From Selaginella moellendorffii (Eukaryota; Plantae; Lycopodiophyta): a stretch of DNA of 64,000 nucleotides. Numbering within the stretch: the stretch's first letter is position 1; every line of letters starts with the position of its first letter. The stretch spans positions 372,001 through 436,000 of the forward strand of contig NW_003314369.1 of NCBI RefSeq assembly GCF_000143415.4, given 5' to 3'. This document shows, in pieces, positions 50,221-62,058 of the stretch. Made by a program: the position numbers and the translations under genes. Under the pieces are notes generated by a model, which saw only the letters and a list, made by a program, of their open reading frames with translations, ran no database searches and had not been told where the DNA came from.

Positions 50221-50361
50221 AGAGCTTCATGTGGATCTATTTGTGTATTGTGCTACTTTAAAATCCACAAATTCATGTGGATCTATTTGTGGATTTTAAA
50301 GTTATATATCACATATTGTTGTAGAAATATTTCCATGTCAATTGCATCTACATGAAGCTCT
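50221..50361. repeat. Nested inverted repeats (fold-back element)
   Basis: Perfect 18-bp arms actttaaaatccacaaat (50255-50272) and atttgtggattttaaagt (50285-50302); outer arms agagcttcatgtggat / atctacatgaagctct. Confidence 0.65.
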
Positions 50362-51249
50362 TTTGTTTTGCCATAACATTAGGCAATACAAGCATTTATA
50401 AAATTTATTATAATATGTCCAAACTTATTGGCAATAGTGAATTTTTCATTGAGCCCTATCACTATTTTTGAATGTGATCAATACTTCTTAGTAGTTGAAC
50501 AATCATAACTGTTGAATGCCATAACTGTATTTCTCACAAAATACACAAAGCTACACTAAAAAGGATTAGGTTGAAAGCTTAGGGATAAGAAATTCAATTT
50601 TTATTTTTTCTTAAGGAAGGTAAACTAGCTCATGAGCAATTATAATGTAGGAGATCCAAATTGTTATTGTCATAACCAGTCCACATCATAACCTTTTTAA
50701 TATTGGTTAAGTTTACCCCAACAATCAACAATGTGAGACACATAGTTTCCCACAAAAAATATAATGTCCCAAATTTTCAATTCAAAAAGGGGAAATGAAT
50801 ATACCCATCTAAGAGAAAAAAGTTCAGGGACAGCAACATTCAAATTGAAAGACATTGCGGGAATCCATACTCAAACAATCCAAGATCAACCAGAGCGGAG
50901 AACAACCAAGCTGAGAGGTCAGAACCCGTGCAAGCGAGCATTAAATGAAAAGGAAACTCACTGGAGCAGAATTCCCCAAAGCCCACGAAAGCCAAACAAA
51001 TCAATGCCCCCTGAATGTCTCAGGATCTCTGAAGAACAAGACAAAGGAAAAGAATGTTTTCACTTGAATGGAAATGCGAAGAAAATAAAAACTTTCTCAC
51101 CTCATGATCATCAAAGATAGAGCGATACTTCGGCGAATTCACAATCCTCCAGATTGGAATAACATACGAGAAGGATGCATTCATCACAACTGGTACTGAA
51201 AAAAAACTGGGCAAGAGTCATGAGCCATTGACAAAGAGAAGCGTTTGGA

Positions 51250-52352
51250 TCGAGAGATTCGATGCCGCTGCAAGACTCCACTGCCGGAGCGGAGCAAGTG
51301 TCTGTCCAGCCAGCCGTGGTTCCGTCCGAGTCCAAGCACCCGACACAACCGTTGCTCGAGCAAATTCCAAAAGGCTGGCACCGCTGAGGCAGCAAGCACG
51401 AGTCATTCCTCGCGAGAAGATTGTAACTATCCGACCATATGAGCAAGTTCTCCAGGGTATACGCGTGAAGATCCCCGTCAAACTCAAGCTGGATGAACGA
51501 CTGGTTACGTGGAGTGTTTGCCGATGATCTCGTGAGCAGCAAACCTCCAGCCACACAGAGCTTGAGACCTCGTTCCGGACTGAGCCGTGTCGTCGCTAAG
51601 CATCATGTTGAGCACTAGATTCAAACCATCTCCATTGAGAACCGCCGCTGCGAGCGAGTCACAAGATTGTCGAGCAGCTGCTAGAGTGTCAACTCCATGG
51701 TATCCTCGAATCCTGTAAGGCTCTTGACGAGTTCCCAAGAAGTTGGAGTAGAGAACCAGACCACCAGAGAGTAGAATCCTAGAGAAAAATCGCTCCTGCT
51801 CTGGAGCCTCATTCCCGGTCGAAGGACTTGGCCAGCCATCAAAGTATCTGTGGGACTTGCCACAAGATGGTGTTGTTGCGAAGCACCACCAAGTTCCCAG
51901 TCTCTCGCAGAACTTCCACCCGGGTAGCTCCCCTGTTTGCTGTTCCAGTCGACCACACCAGCCTCCCGTCGCGACCTCTCAGCACGAGATCACCGTCCGA
52001 GGCGAGCGAGAGCGTGGCGTTGAGTCCGACTGGATCTTCCCGGTTTGCCTCCCAGATGATCCTCTGCGTGGTTAGAAAACCCGAGTCGACGTTCATGAGC
52101 ACTGCGAGTGTGCGATCTGGAGTAGAGTTGACAAAGCCAAGGTTGTAGACGCCACAAAAGAAACCTGTCATTCTCGTGGTAGCACCGTAACGTCCTTTTT
52201 CTCTGAGTTTTGGGTAGCTCGCGCCGGATCAATGAAGAACCTGTAGCCAGTGGAGTTGATTCGTGGCACATCGAAGCCCAGGGACCTAACAGCACCAATG
52301 GCGCTGCAAGGAACAGGAGAGTGGTACTTCGTTTGTTGCACGCTGAATCCAT
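51250..52352 (-). pseudogene. Truncated, frameshifted copy of the G-lectin receptor kinase ectodomain
   Basis: Near-identical to 47270-48428 with deletions; lacks PAN, TM and kinase; upstream DNA ~52355-53360 duplicates ~48430-49635. Confidence 0.88.
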
Positions 52353-53378
52353 ACTATCATCAGGACCAATCGATGTGCTCCTCCGCCTTGAAAATGGATG
52401 AGCGCGCTGGCTAGATTGACTGCGTGAATGACTGGATCAACGCACTCCTTTGACGCACTGTAGATGAAAAAGTAGTGGGCAATCATAAAACAATTATTAC
52501 ACTGACAATCTGGGAAATCAACAAAAGGAAAATACAAAGATTGGAGAAAACTTGGCAATAAGCATATACAACCTGTAGTTGTTCACGTTACAGTGAATCT
52601 CGACCGATCCAAATCGGTCAGTATTCTCACGACTAAGATCTAGACTCCAGAAGCACGATCGTCACGAGGATGGATTCATCGGTCTTGAATTAACCGCCGG
52701 ACTCTGAAAAGAAGAAGCAACTGTTAAAAACCGAACAACCGAAGAACAGGAAAAACAAAGAGAAGCTCACATCTTTGTGCTCTGCTAGCAGCTTTTCACG
52801 TCCGAGTAGATAGCGATCAATCAAAAGTTTCATAGCGCAGGCTTTGTGATCCTCCACTGGTGTCCTCCGACAGCAGGATCGTGGACAGCATCCTGATCCA
52901 TCGAGACAGTACTGAATTCCGAGTGGCATCTGTCTGAACTGTGAATTGTGAAAACAAAAATGAAAAAAGATTTTGCCTTCCAATGACCTATCGAATCGAA
53001 GAAAGAATAGAAAGGAAAGATCGTAGCTTGCCAAGATGCGTTTATCCTCACAATGTACATGAGATCTGGCCATGGATATTTTGATCGATATCGAACAGCA
53101 GAGAAGAAGCGATAGGCGCTGTTGCGAAAACTTTGCTGGAGAAAAACCCATGAACCCCGTGCCCGGAAGATTCTTGGAAGATTCAATTTTAGGCGTGACA
53201 TGCTTTTCTCATCCTTTAATTTTCTGGTTAGCTTCTTGGTATGAAAAGCATTCATGCGCACTGCATGCTCTCACCTTCGAAATTCTTTGTATGACACGGA
53301 TTTAGTCGATTCCATGGTATAAAATGGCACGATTGCAAGAAATCCAAGCTCGTACGTGAGGTACCTCTCTTTGTCGCC

Positions 53379-55413
53379 ATGTCGGTGGCGGCCAGTTTGA
53401 TCCTCCTCCTCTTCTTGTCCTCTCGAGTTTCTCCATCAAATTCTACTCCAATTAACGCTACTGCTGCTTCATCGATCACTCAAGCCCAAGATCAAGCTCC
53501 ATGGCTGCACCGGGACGATGAGTTTTGCCTCAATCTCACAGCCTCCCCAGATCTCGAGAAGTTCGTGGACGCGCTCCCAACAATGCGGGTGATCTCCCTG
53601 TCCAGGAACCCCAGGATCACAATCGGAGCCTACAAAATCACTCAGGTTTGACTTTGGCCACCATTGACTACACCGTTGACAATTCGCTGACTTGGTTGAC
53701 CTGTCCCAGAAACTCCACAGGGACCTCCCACCCACGACGCTCTACGCCTTTGGCACCAGCCAGTCAACGGCCACGTACCCCGGCCCAACGCTGGTTGCCC
53801 AGCAGGGTCAAACCGCGTGGGTTCGCTGGGAGAACCACATCCCCGACGTGGAGCCCATGCTGCCGTTGGATCGGAGCCTAGACTGGGCGAATCCACGGCT
53901 GGGCGGCGTGCCGCACGTTGTCCACAACCACGGTCAAGAGGACCCGCCCTGGTCGGACGGTCACCCCCAGGCGTGGTTCACCCCACTTGGGGAGCACGGC
54001 CCCAGTTACGTCTCTCAGGACTACGTCTACCCGAACGAGCAGCTCCCGACCACGCTGTGGTACCACGACCATACGTACGGGATCACGCGGCTCAACATCG
54101 CCGCGGGGCTCGTGGGGGTATATCTGGTGGAATCTTCCGCGTTGACTCCTTCGTGGGTTCCTCGCGAGTACCATACATTGCTCATCCAAGACAAGGCGTT
54201 CTTTGCAGATGGAGGGATTAAGTATCCCAGCGTGGGGATCAACCCCAGCGTCCACCCGGTGTGGTGCCCGGATTACTTTGGCGATGTGGTGCTGGTTAAT
54301 GGCAAGGCCTGGCCGTATCTCAATGTTTATCCCAGGATCTATAGGTTCCGGCTCGTCAACGCTGCCAATTCCAAGTAAGTTGGATCTATTCTTCCAATTT
54401 TGCTTTTGTTAGGGGTTCCATTTGATAATTTCTAACCTTTACCACCTTTTGTCGTCAGGTTTTTCGTTCTCACGCTGAGCGACGATTCCTTGCGTTTTAT
54501 CAAGATTGGATCCGACAGTACTTTCCTGCGAGCTCCAATCTCGCAAAGCACCATGCGAATCGCACCAGCCGAGCGCTGGGACTTTGTCATTGACTTCTCC
54601 CGCGTTCATCCCGGACGCACGATCGAGATGCGCAACATCGGCGCCACTCCATTCCCAGCCGGACCCCCAGCAAACCAGAGCGTCATGCTCTTCCGGGTCG
54701 TCCATGAGCCCGAACGGAAGAACCCACCAGGATCATCGCCCAGCAACTTCCCAGCTCCAATCCCCGTGGAAAATCTCTTGCAGATGCCTCCATCTCGCGT
54801 GATGGAGGAGACCACTGGCTTGAAACTCACAGACTCGGAGTGGTACCGCCTCTACAATCGCCCATTTGTGACAAACGCCCAGTTCGACTCGGGTATGGGT
54901 CTCACCGGGCTTTTCCTCCAGGATCACCTCCACTTTAACGATCCGGCTACTGAGGTTATGAAGCTCTACTCCGACGAAGTTTGGGTTTTCATCAATGTCC
55001 TCCAGACCAGCCATCCAATTCATCTCCACCTCGTCAACTTTCTCATAGTCGCTAGCCAAACTTTCAACGTTACAAGATTTCTGGAGAACTCGTGTTCTTT
55101 CCACTTCGGCTACCCGGATCCCAGGAGCTGCTACACGGCTCCACTCCAAGGGCCCGACCAGGATCAACTCGGCCTCAAGGACACGGGCGTGATCGCTGCT
55201 GGCACGGTTACGTGGTTTTACGTGACAGCGTCGCCAAACTATGGCACCCGGTATTCGTTTGATCCCACCGCTTCTCCTCACTACATTTGGCACTGCCACC
55301 TTTTGGAGCACGAAGACAACGAGATGATGCGACCATTTGTCATGTCTGATACTCGGGCTTTGATGGTTAATGAGTCGTTCCCTCCAGTGGATATCATGAG
55401 GCAGTATGGCTAA
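53379..55413 (+). CDS. Secreted multicopper oxidase, LPR1/CotA-like, 3 exons
   Basis: Signal peptide, LEKFVDALP, KLHRDLPPT, VHNHG, WYHDH, HPIHLH, WHCHLLEHEDNEMMRP; introns 53646-53709 and 54375-54458. Confidence 0.9.
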
Positions 55414-56189
55414 GGGAAGAGGCAGTGCAAATGCTAAGCGATTTGACAATAAATTGAATATTACACATAAAATTTAATAAAGGTAACATTGATTTAAGAT
55501 GAGAAGTGGATCTCCACTCGTGATGACTCATTAGTCCTCGCTTTCTTTCGGAGTCGAGCAACTAATGGAGGAGAGTGCTTTCAAATAGTTTTTGCATTTT
55601 ATTATCCTCCAAAGGTGGTAGAGAGTCAAACGAATACTGTGCGAAGTGCTTTTTGGATCACGAGCCCTCCAAAGAACTTATCACGTTGAAATCCTCAAGC
55701 CAAATTAACAGTGTACTGACAGAAAAGTAGTCTAGCTTTGGAAACCATTGGATGAAAACTTCTGTGGGAATTCGATAGCTCATACTCGCGGAGAAAGTAT
55801 ACGGTTTCATGGGTCAAGTTGAATATTGTCAACGAATCTAAGCAGAGAGAAGTTAATAAGCAGACAAAAAAGTATTTTCTAGGTGTAGAGTGGTGTTGAT
55901 AAGTTTCAAGTCCAGATGGAGATGACTATAAATTAACAAATGAGCCACATGTCAAAAAAGGATCATGAAGAAAAAAACCTTGACAAATGTACACTACCAT
56001 CGAGTGACATATAATATACCTATCGCTTTGGAGACTGATTTTCTGCGTTTTTTTTAAAACATCAGAAGGTGGCGGCCGTTTTCAATAGGAGGATCAATAA
56101 AAAATATGACTTATGAGAACCTGAGAACCAATGCCGCCAAAGCCTTGTCCAACAGGTTTCTGGCACAGTGAGAGTTTGCAATGTTTCAT

Positions 56190-56935
56190 GTGTTATTGCA
56201 AAAAATCCAGGATTATGTATTTATGTGAGACGGATCAAAAGATGCGAATCTATGTGAGACGTCTCTTCTTCTATGCGCCAGAAACTAAGATCACCTCAAA
56301 TCGTCCCTGGCTGAGGTGTTGGATTCACATGAATTTTGGGGCGGAATGCTGAGATTCAATGAAAAATGGGAGTTGGAGGTCGACTGTAGCAATCAAGGAA
56401 CTTTCTTCATTCTGATCTTGGCATGGACCAACTGACAGCTGATGACTTGGATGATTTTTTCTCTTTCGACGATGACAAGATTAAAACCTCCATTGTTCCA
56501 TTGTTCCATCTTCCATTGTTGAGGATCCAGGTATGCCACAAAACTCACATAAGTTTGTTAAAAAGCTTTTCTCCATAGGTGGGTTGATGCAGCATCCATT
56601 ATCAATTTTTCTGTTCAACCTTGCATCGATCAACCAGGCGATGGTATCTATATGGCCACAAATGGCAAGCTCAAGCAAGTTGTTAGACAAAGGACCTTTG
56701 AGTTGCACCACTTTTGAGGCTCTGGCAGCTTTGATATGGCGAACGCACGCTCGATCATCCCAGGCAAATCTAGCAATGATGTTCTTCACCTTGAAATTTG
56801 GTGTGACAAAAGACACATCCTGGATCCACCCTTATCCTTGCGTTCTATCTGGCCCATGCTGACACTTATGGATATCCGCAAGCTTCTACTCGCTCGTTGC
56901 TTGAGTGCAAAAGAAAATGAATGACAAATGAATAG
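56190..56935 (+). pseudogene. Decayed BAHD acyltransferase, paralogous to 26162..27539
   Basis: YVRRLFFYAPE, FLFNLASIN, CTTFEALAALIWRTHARS with frameshifts; ends at the LTR. Confidence 0.75.
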
Positions 56936-56944
56936 ATTTTCTCC

Positions 56945-59900
56945 ATACTCCTCTTCACTAGAAATCTATTGCTAGTGAGAAAACAAAAGAGAAAAGGGCC
57001 TGATTTCCAAGGGCTGAGAAGAAGGATGAGTGAAAGAATGTTATGTATTGATAAGAAAATGATGAATGGAGATAGGGATCCATAATTCAAATTCCTCCCG
57101 TTGAAAGGTTGGCGATTCTACCTGCCAGCATATGCTAATGAATGGTATATGCTATGCATGATCCAATCTATAGCTCTAATGCAGCCTTGGGTTCAAGGTT
57201 GGAGTCCTTTAAGCCTTGGTTTTTAGTTGATACACTCTACTCCCCTAATAGAACTAGACACCATCCTTGGTGCGAATGTAGTCAATTTCCATCGCTTGTC
57301 GTTGCTGCTACTCAAGTTGATAGAGGCAGTGGACCAAGTCTTGGCAGACCTCCTTGGTTTTGAAGTTGAGGTTGCCATGGTCAGTTGTTGTAGTTGCCTT
57401 GGTAGCCCTGGTCTTGATAACCTTGGCCTTGGTATCTTCGGTTTTGGTATCTTGGGTATTGTTGGTATCCTTGGTTGTAGTTGTCTCGGTTTGCCAGGTA
57501 GTTCCAGTTCAGCAGGTATTGTCGATCGTTGTAGTTGTAATTGTTGTTGTAGTCATTATTGTAGTTGTTGTAGCGAGGTGGATCATTCCATTGTCGATTC
57601 TGTTGTTCGAAGCTATTTCTCAGCGGTCTCCAGTTTGTCAGAGGTGGTGCTAGCTAGTTGTCGAAGTATTGATTTGGATATGGTTGTTGAAACTGCTGTC
57701 GGGGATAGTTCAAGATTTGTTGAACTTCCGGAGAATTTTGAAATCTACAGGTCTTGGCGTCATGACCTTCTTTGGCACAGATCTAGCATTTGGAGATTTG
57801 GAGCTTGCAGTCACTTGCCAAATGTCCTTCGTTCTTGCACTTAGTACACCAAATTCCAGATTGAAATTCTTTGATGTCAGCTTTGGCTTTTCCCTTGAGC
57901 GTGTCGATTGTTTTCCTGAGTTTTTGAAGTTTTGGGCGCTCTCTCCAAGTTCATCGTCGGAGTTGTTGTCGGAACTGCTGTCAGAATCTGAGTTGTCCGT
58001 ATCGTCAACTTGTGCTGTCATTCGTCGAGCTTGAACATCTTGAAGGGCTCTTGCTAGTTCGAGGTAAGTGGCGACGTTGATGTGTGTTGCCACTCCTCGG
58101 AGGGATCGCAAGAGGCCTTGCATGTACCATTGGTAAAGTAAAGTTTTGGTGGCACTGTTGCCGCATTTGCTGGCATGTCAAGTGAAGGTTTGAGTGTAGT
58201 CGTCGATGGATTGACTGGACTTCTACTTGAGTTTTTGGATCTTGTGAAGTCATTGGCTTTGAGTGAGGGAAGACTTGAATCAGTCTATAAGCTTGAGTGC
58301 AAGGTCATCAAAACTTGTATTTTGAGGAAGCGTTTGAGCCCATTTGTTAGCTCTCTTTCGAAGGGTACATCGGAAGTAGTATGGGAGTTCGGTCATCTGG
58401 CCGTTGATGCAGATTGCTTCTCGGAACTGTTCAACATGTTTCTTGGCATCTTCTGACTTCAGACCATGAAATAGTGGATAGGAGACATGTATTCCGACAG
58501 GTATGTTAGCAACGGCGGTAGTGACTGCCATTTGTTGTCGGTAGTAATGTCGGTATTGTCGAGGTTGTTTCTCACTGTGGAGTCTAAAGGTGATTTGGAG
58601 CAAGGGGTTGTCGGGGTCGAAAGCAAAGTCAGTGTAGGAGGAAGGTGGTGAATTGTTGTTGTTGTTTAGTGGACTCTCCTCTGCTTTTTCTTCTATGTTG
58701 GGACTCTTTTCAGGTGTGTTGTTGGCGTCAACGTCAACATCAGGTTGCTTGCCAGTGTTGATTTCCAGAAGATGCTGCTCGAACTTGTTGTCAACGTACT
58801 TGTCAATGTTATGTTGTGTTGGTTGTGGTTGTTCTTCTAAATTGTCAAAGAGTTCTTCGAACGTATAGTTGTGTGATGATTGTGGTTGCTGTGGAAGATT
58901 GTTGTTGTTGATGATTGGTTTGTCAATCTTATTGTTGTTGGATGATTGTAGCTGTTCGGCAGCTCTGTGTGAGTTGTTGACTTGTTTGTCGAATGCTTGA
59001 CTATTGGACAATTTGGGTTGTTTATCTTTACCGCTGTTGACTGGGTATATTGGAGTGCGACTGTAGTGGGTGAAGTCGAGTTGTTGTCTTGTCAGTGCGT
59101 TGAAGTCGAAAGCGTGTTCAAAAGTTCTTGCTGATAGCGGGCTTCAATAGATGTTGGATGCAAATGTGGGATATATTGGTGTTGTAAAGATCGGTCGGTA
59201 TGGTGAAAATGGTGTTGGTTTGGTGAAGTCTGTGAAGTCGAGTGGGAAACTTGGTAGTTTGTCATCACCGTAGATGGGGTTGGTGAATGTACCTTTGAAG
59301 TGGTTGTATGCTGCTTGAAAAATGTTTTGTTGCTCAGGCGTAGTCTATGTTGACTGCTTGAATGTTTGGTCAGGCTCGGACACTTCAGTGGGTGCCATTG
59401 AGGGTGTTGGTTCAGGCTCGGGCACTTTGGTGGGTGCCATCGAGGGTGTGTCCGGTGGTGTTGTATAGTCATTGTATTCTTCGCGGATGTCTAATACTGG
59501 TTTATCAAAGTTAGCTCACAGTAACAATTCGTGTCAGATGTAATTCTCTCTCTTGGAGGGTTGGATAACTTGATTCAACTTCTCTTGGTCTTTCTTTCTT
59601 TTTGTTTCTAAATTCTTCAAATCTCTATCTAAACATCAGATAAGCCATTGTCAGTCTTCTTCCGACTTGCTGGATATTCTTCTTGGTTTTGGATATATGC
59701 ATTCTTCTACTTGTTGTTGGTGTCAGATTTGTGTCCGCAGTTGGTCATGCAGTTCTAGAAGAACTTTGGGAAGACTGTCGGCGGGTCAATTATCGATAAA
59801 GTTGTCGTGAGCTTGTTCTTTCTTTTCGGTGCAAATGTCAACAATGGTGAGTGTTGGGTTGGGTTGTGTTCAGTCGAGTTATGTCGGGTTGAGTTTTCTG

Positions 59901-61184
59901 GTGCAGTATGCAGACTGGTCTTCCACTTGCTGGTGCCAAGATGGAGTTCAATGAAGAGTTTTGGATACTCAGGTTGGGTACTTCTCCAATGCCATTCTCA
60001 CTTTTGATTCCCGTTGTCTACTTGTTGCAGCACCTGTTCAAATACATACTGTGGGCCGAGGAGTTTGTGTTTTTAATAATTTCTTCAATAATGTCATTGA
60101 GTTGTTCGAGTCCGGATCGGGCGATGGCGTGATTGGCGAGAGTTGTTGTGGCAAACATGTTGACTTTGAACCGAGTTCGGACTGTTGTTTTGGTGCTGAG
60201 CTGCTGACTCTGTTGGAGGGATTGTCAAAAAATTGGTGGTGCGTTCGCAAGTTGTCCCTCGACAAGTTCTTCGATACCGGGTAACAGAGTGATGGGTTCG
60301 TTGTTGGTGTAGTTTCTGAGGATATGCTTCGGTATTGGGAGTGGGTGCGGGAACTGGAATCGCGTCAGAGCACTAGGATTGCCAGGTCGACGACTGTGTG
60401 GAAGAGGGATTCGTTTCGGCAGTAGTGTCGGTTCGTGTCGAGCGCGCTGGTTGAGTTCTCAAGCTTGGAGTGTGTGTTCTTGTGCTCGGAGTTGGAGTTG
60501 GCCAATGAAGTTGTGGAGGGCGTCTGCTAATGAAGGTGCTGGGCGACTGGAGTTTCTTGTCGAAAAGGTTATTGGTGTTCTTTGTTGGTGATTGGACTCA
60601 TAGATCTTGAGAGAGAGCTTTTAGATTCTTCAAAGATCTCCTTTGGGAAGCGTCTGCCTCTACTACATTGGGCGGTGATTGCTTGGACGCCATTGATCCA
60701 TGTTGGTGGTGGCATTTGCTTGTTGAATTTGGGCAAATTTATGAATTTGGGTGTAATTTGGGCGAATTTGGGCAAGGTGGGTAGATTTCGTAATCTTTCT
60801 TACTACTTGTACATAGAGAATGGAGAAAGAACTAAAGAATTTGTGAATCTGAAGGGGAATTCAAAAGCTGTGGTTGCCAAATGAAGAGGTGTGGATACTC
60901 CTCTTCGCTGGAAATCTATTGCTAGTGAGAAAACAAAAGAGAAAAAGGCCCTATCTTCAAGGGTTGAGAAGAAGGATGAGTGACAAAATGTTGTGTATTG
61001 ATAAAAAAATGATGAATGGAGATGGGGATCCACAATTCAGATTCCCCCCTTTGAAAGGCTAGCGGTTCTAACTGCTAGCATATGCTAATGAATGGTATAT
61101 ACTATGCATGATCCAATCTATGGCTCCAATGTAGCCCTGGGTTCAAGGTCGGAGTCCCCTGAGCCTGGGTTTTTGGTTAATACA
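56945..61184 (-). mobile_element. Non-autonomous gypsy-like LTR retroelement (gag remnant, no recognisable pol)
   Basis: Direct repeats 56945-57234 and 60882-61184 (TG...CA on the complete one); PBS-like TGGCAACCACAG just inside the 5' LTR; purine tract AGGGGAGTAGAG abutting the 3' LTR; gag-like FHGLKSEDAKKHVEQF...RANKW...SFDDL at 58280-58480. Confidence 0.82.
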
Positions 61185-61931
61185 CCATCTCAATCTTAAT
61201 TGCACCGATGGTATGACATGGTGATCAAAGCGTGGCCCTGACTGATGCAAAAGCTCCTGGTTGGGGTAAACCTTCACAAGTAATTCCTTGGATCTATCAC
61301 GTTTCCTAGGGGTATCTTTATTCCAGAATATTTTACCTGCTAACATATATTTAAGGGAAAAATAAATAAAATAAAATAAAATAATTAAATTGATTGCTGA
61401 CAAGTCCATGAAATATGTCTAACTTCATGGCATTGTCTATAATGACAAGCTACTTTCTTTCAACCAATGTTTTCTGTTTATACATGAAGGTTCTTTAAAC
61501 GACTAAGAGGATTTTATACTCGTGTCCAAATCAAAAGGATAGATAACATATATCCCATAGTAAAACTTAATTGAGTAACAATGTAAGATTGCATATGTCC
61601 TTCCAAAATATAATAGCTATAATTGCATGAATACATGGAATATTAATTTTATGTCAACTGAAGAAAGAAGAAGAAAAGTCATTAGATCAAAATTGGTATG
61701 GCTTCCATTAATTTAATGGATATTGCTAAGACTCAAATTTGTGAAGCATGCATTTATACTTATTATTATAATGTTTGTTTGGTTGGTATTACAGTATTCA
61801 AGAGTTACTCAAAACAAAACATCATATTGGAGTTGTGAGGGTTGCCAAAACAAAACATCAAACAAAATGGCTTGAGAAATGGTTTATTAATTTGATAATA
61901 GGATAAGATTTAAATATACTTTAAAACTTTT

Positions 61932-62058
61932 AAGGGATAAATAGGGATGGGATGAGATTTAAATATAACTGTGGATCTTTAGAAATTTAAGGGATAAATA
62001 GGGATGGGATGAGATTTAAATATAATTGTGGATCTTTAAAACTTTAAGGGATAAATGG
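61932..62058. repeat. ~57-bp AT-rich tandem repeat, a little over two copies
   Basis: taagggataaatagggatgggatgagatttaaatataa.tgtggatcttta repeated. Confidence 0.75.

Noticed and set aside
61932-62058. Short repeat arrays as CRISPR-like
   Set aside because: Contiguous tandem units without unique spacers, in a eukaryotic context with no cas genes
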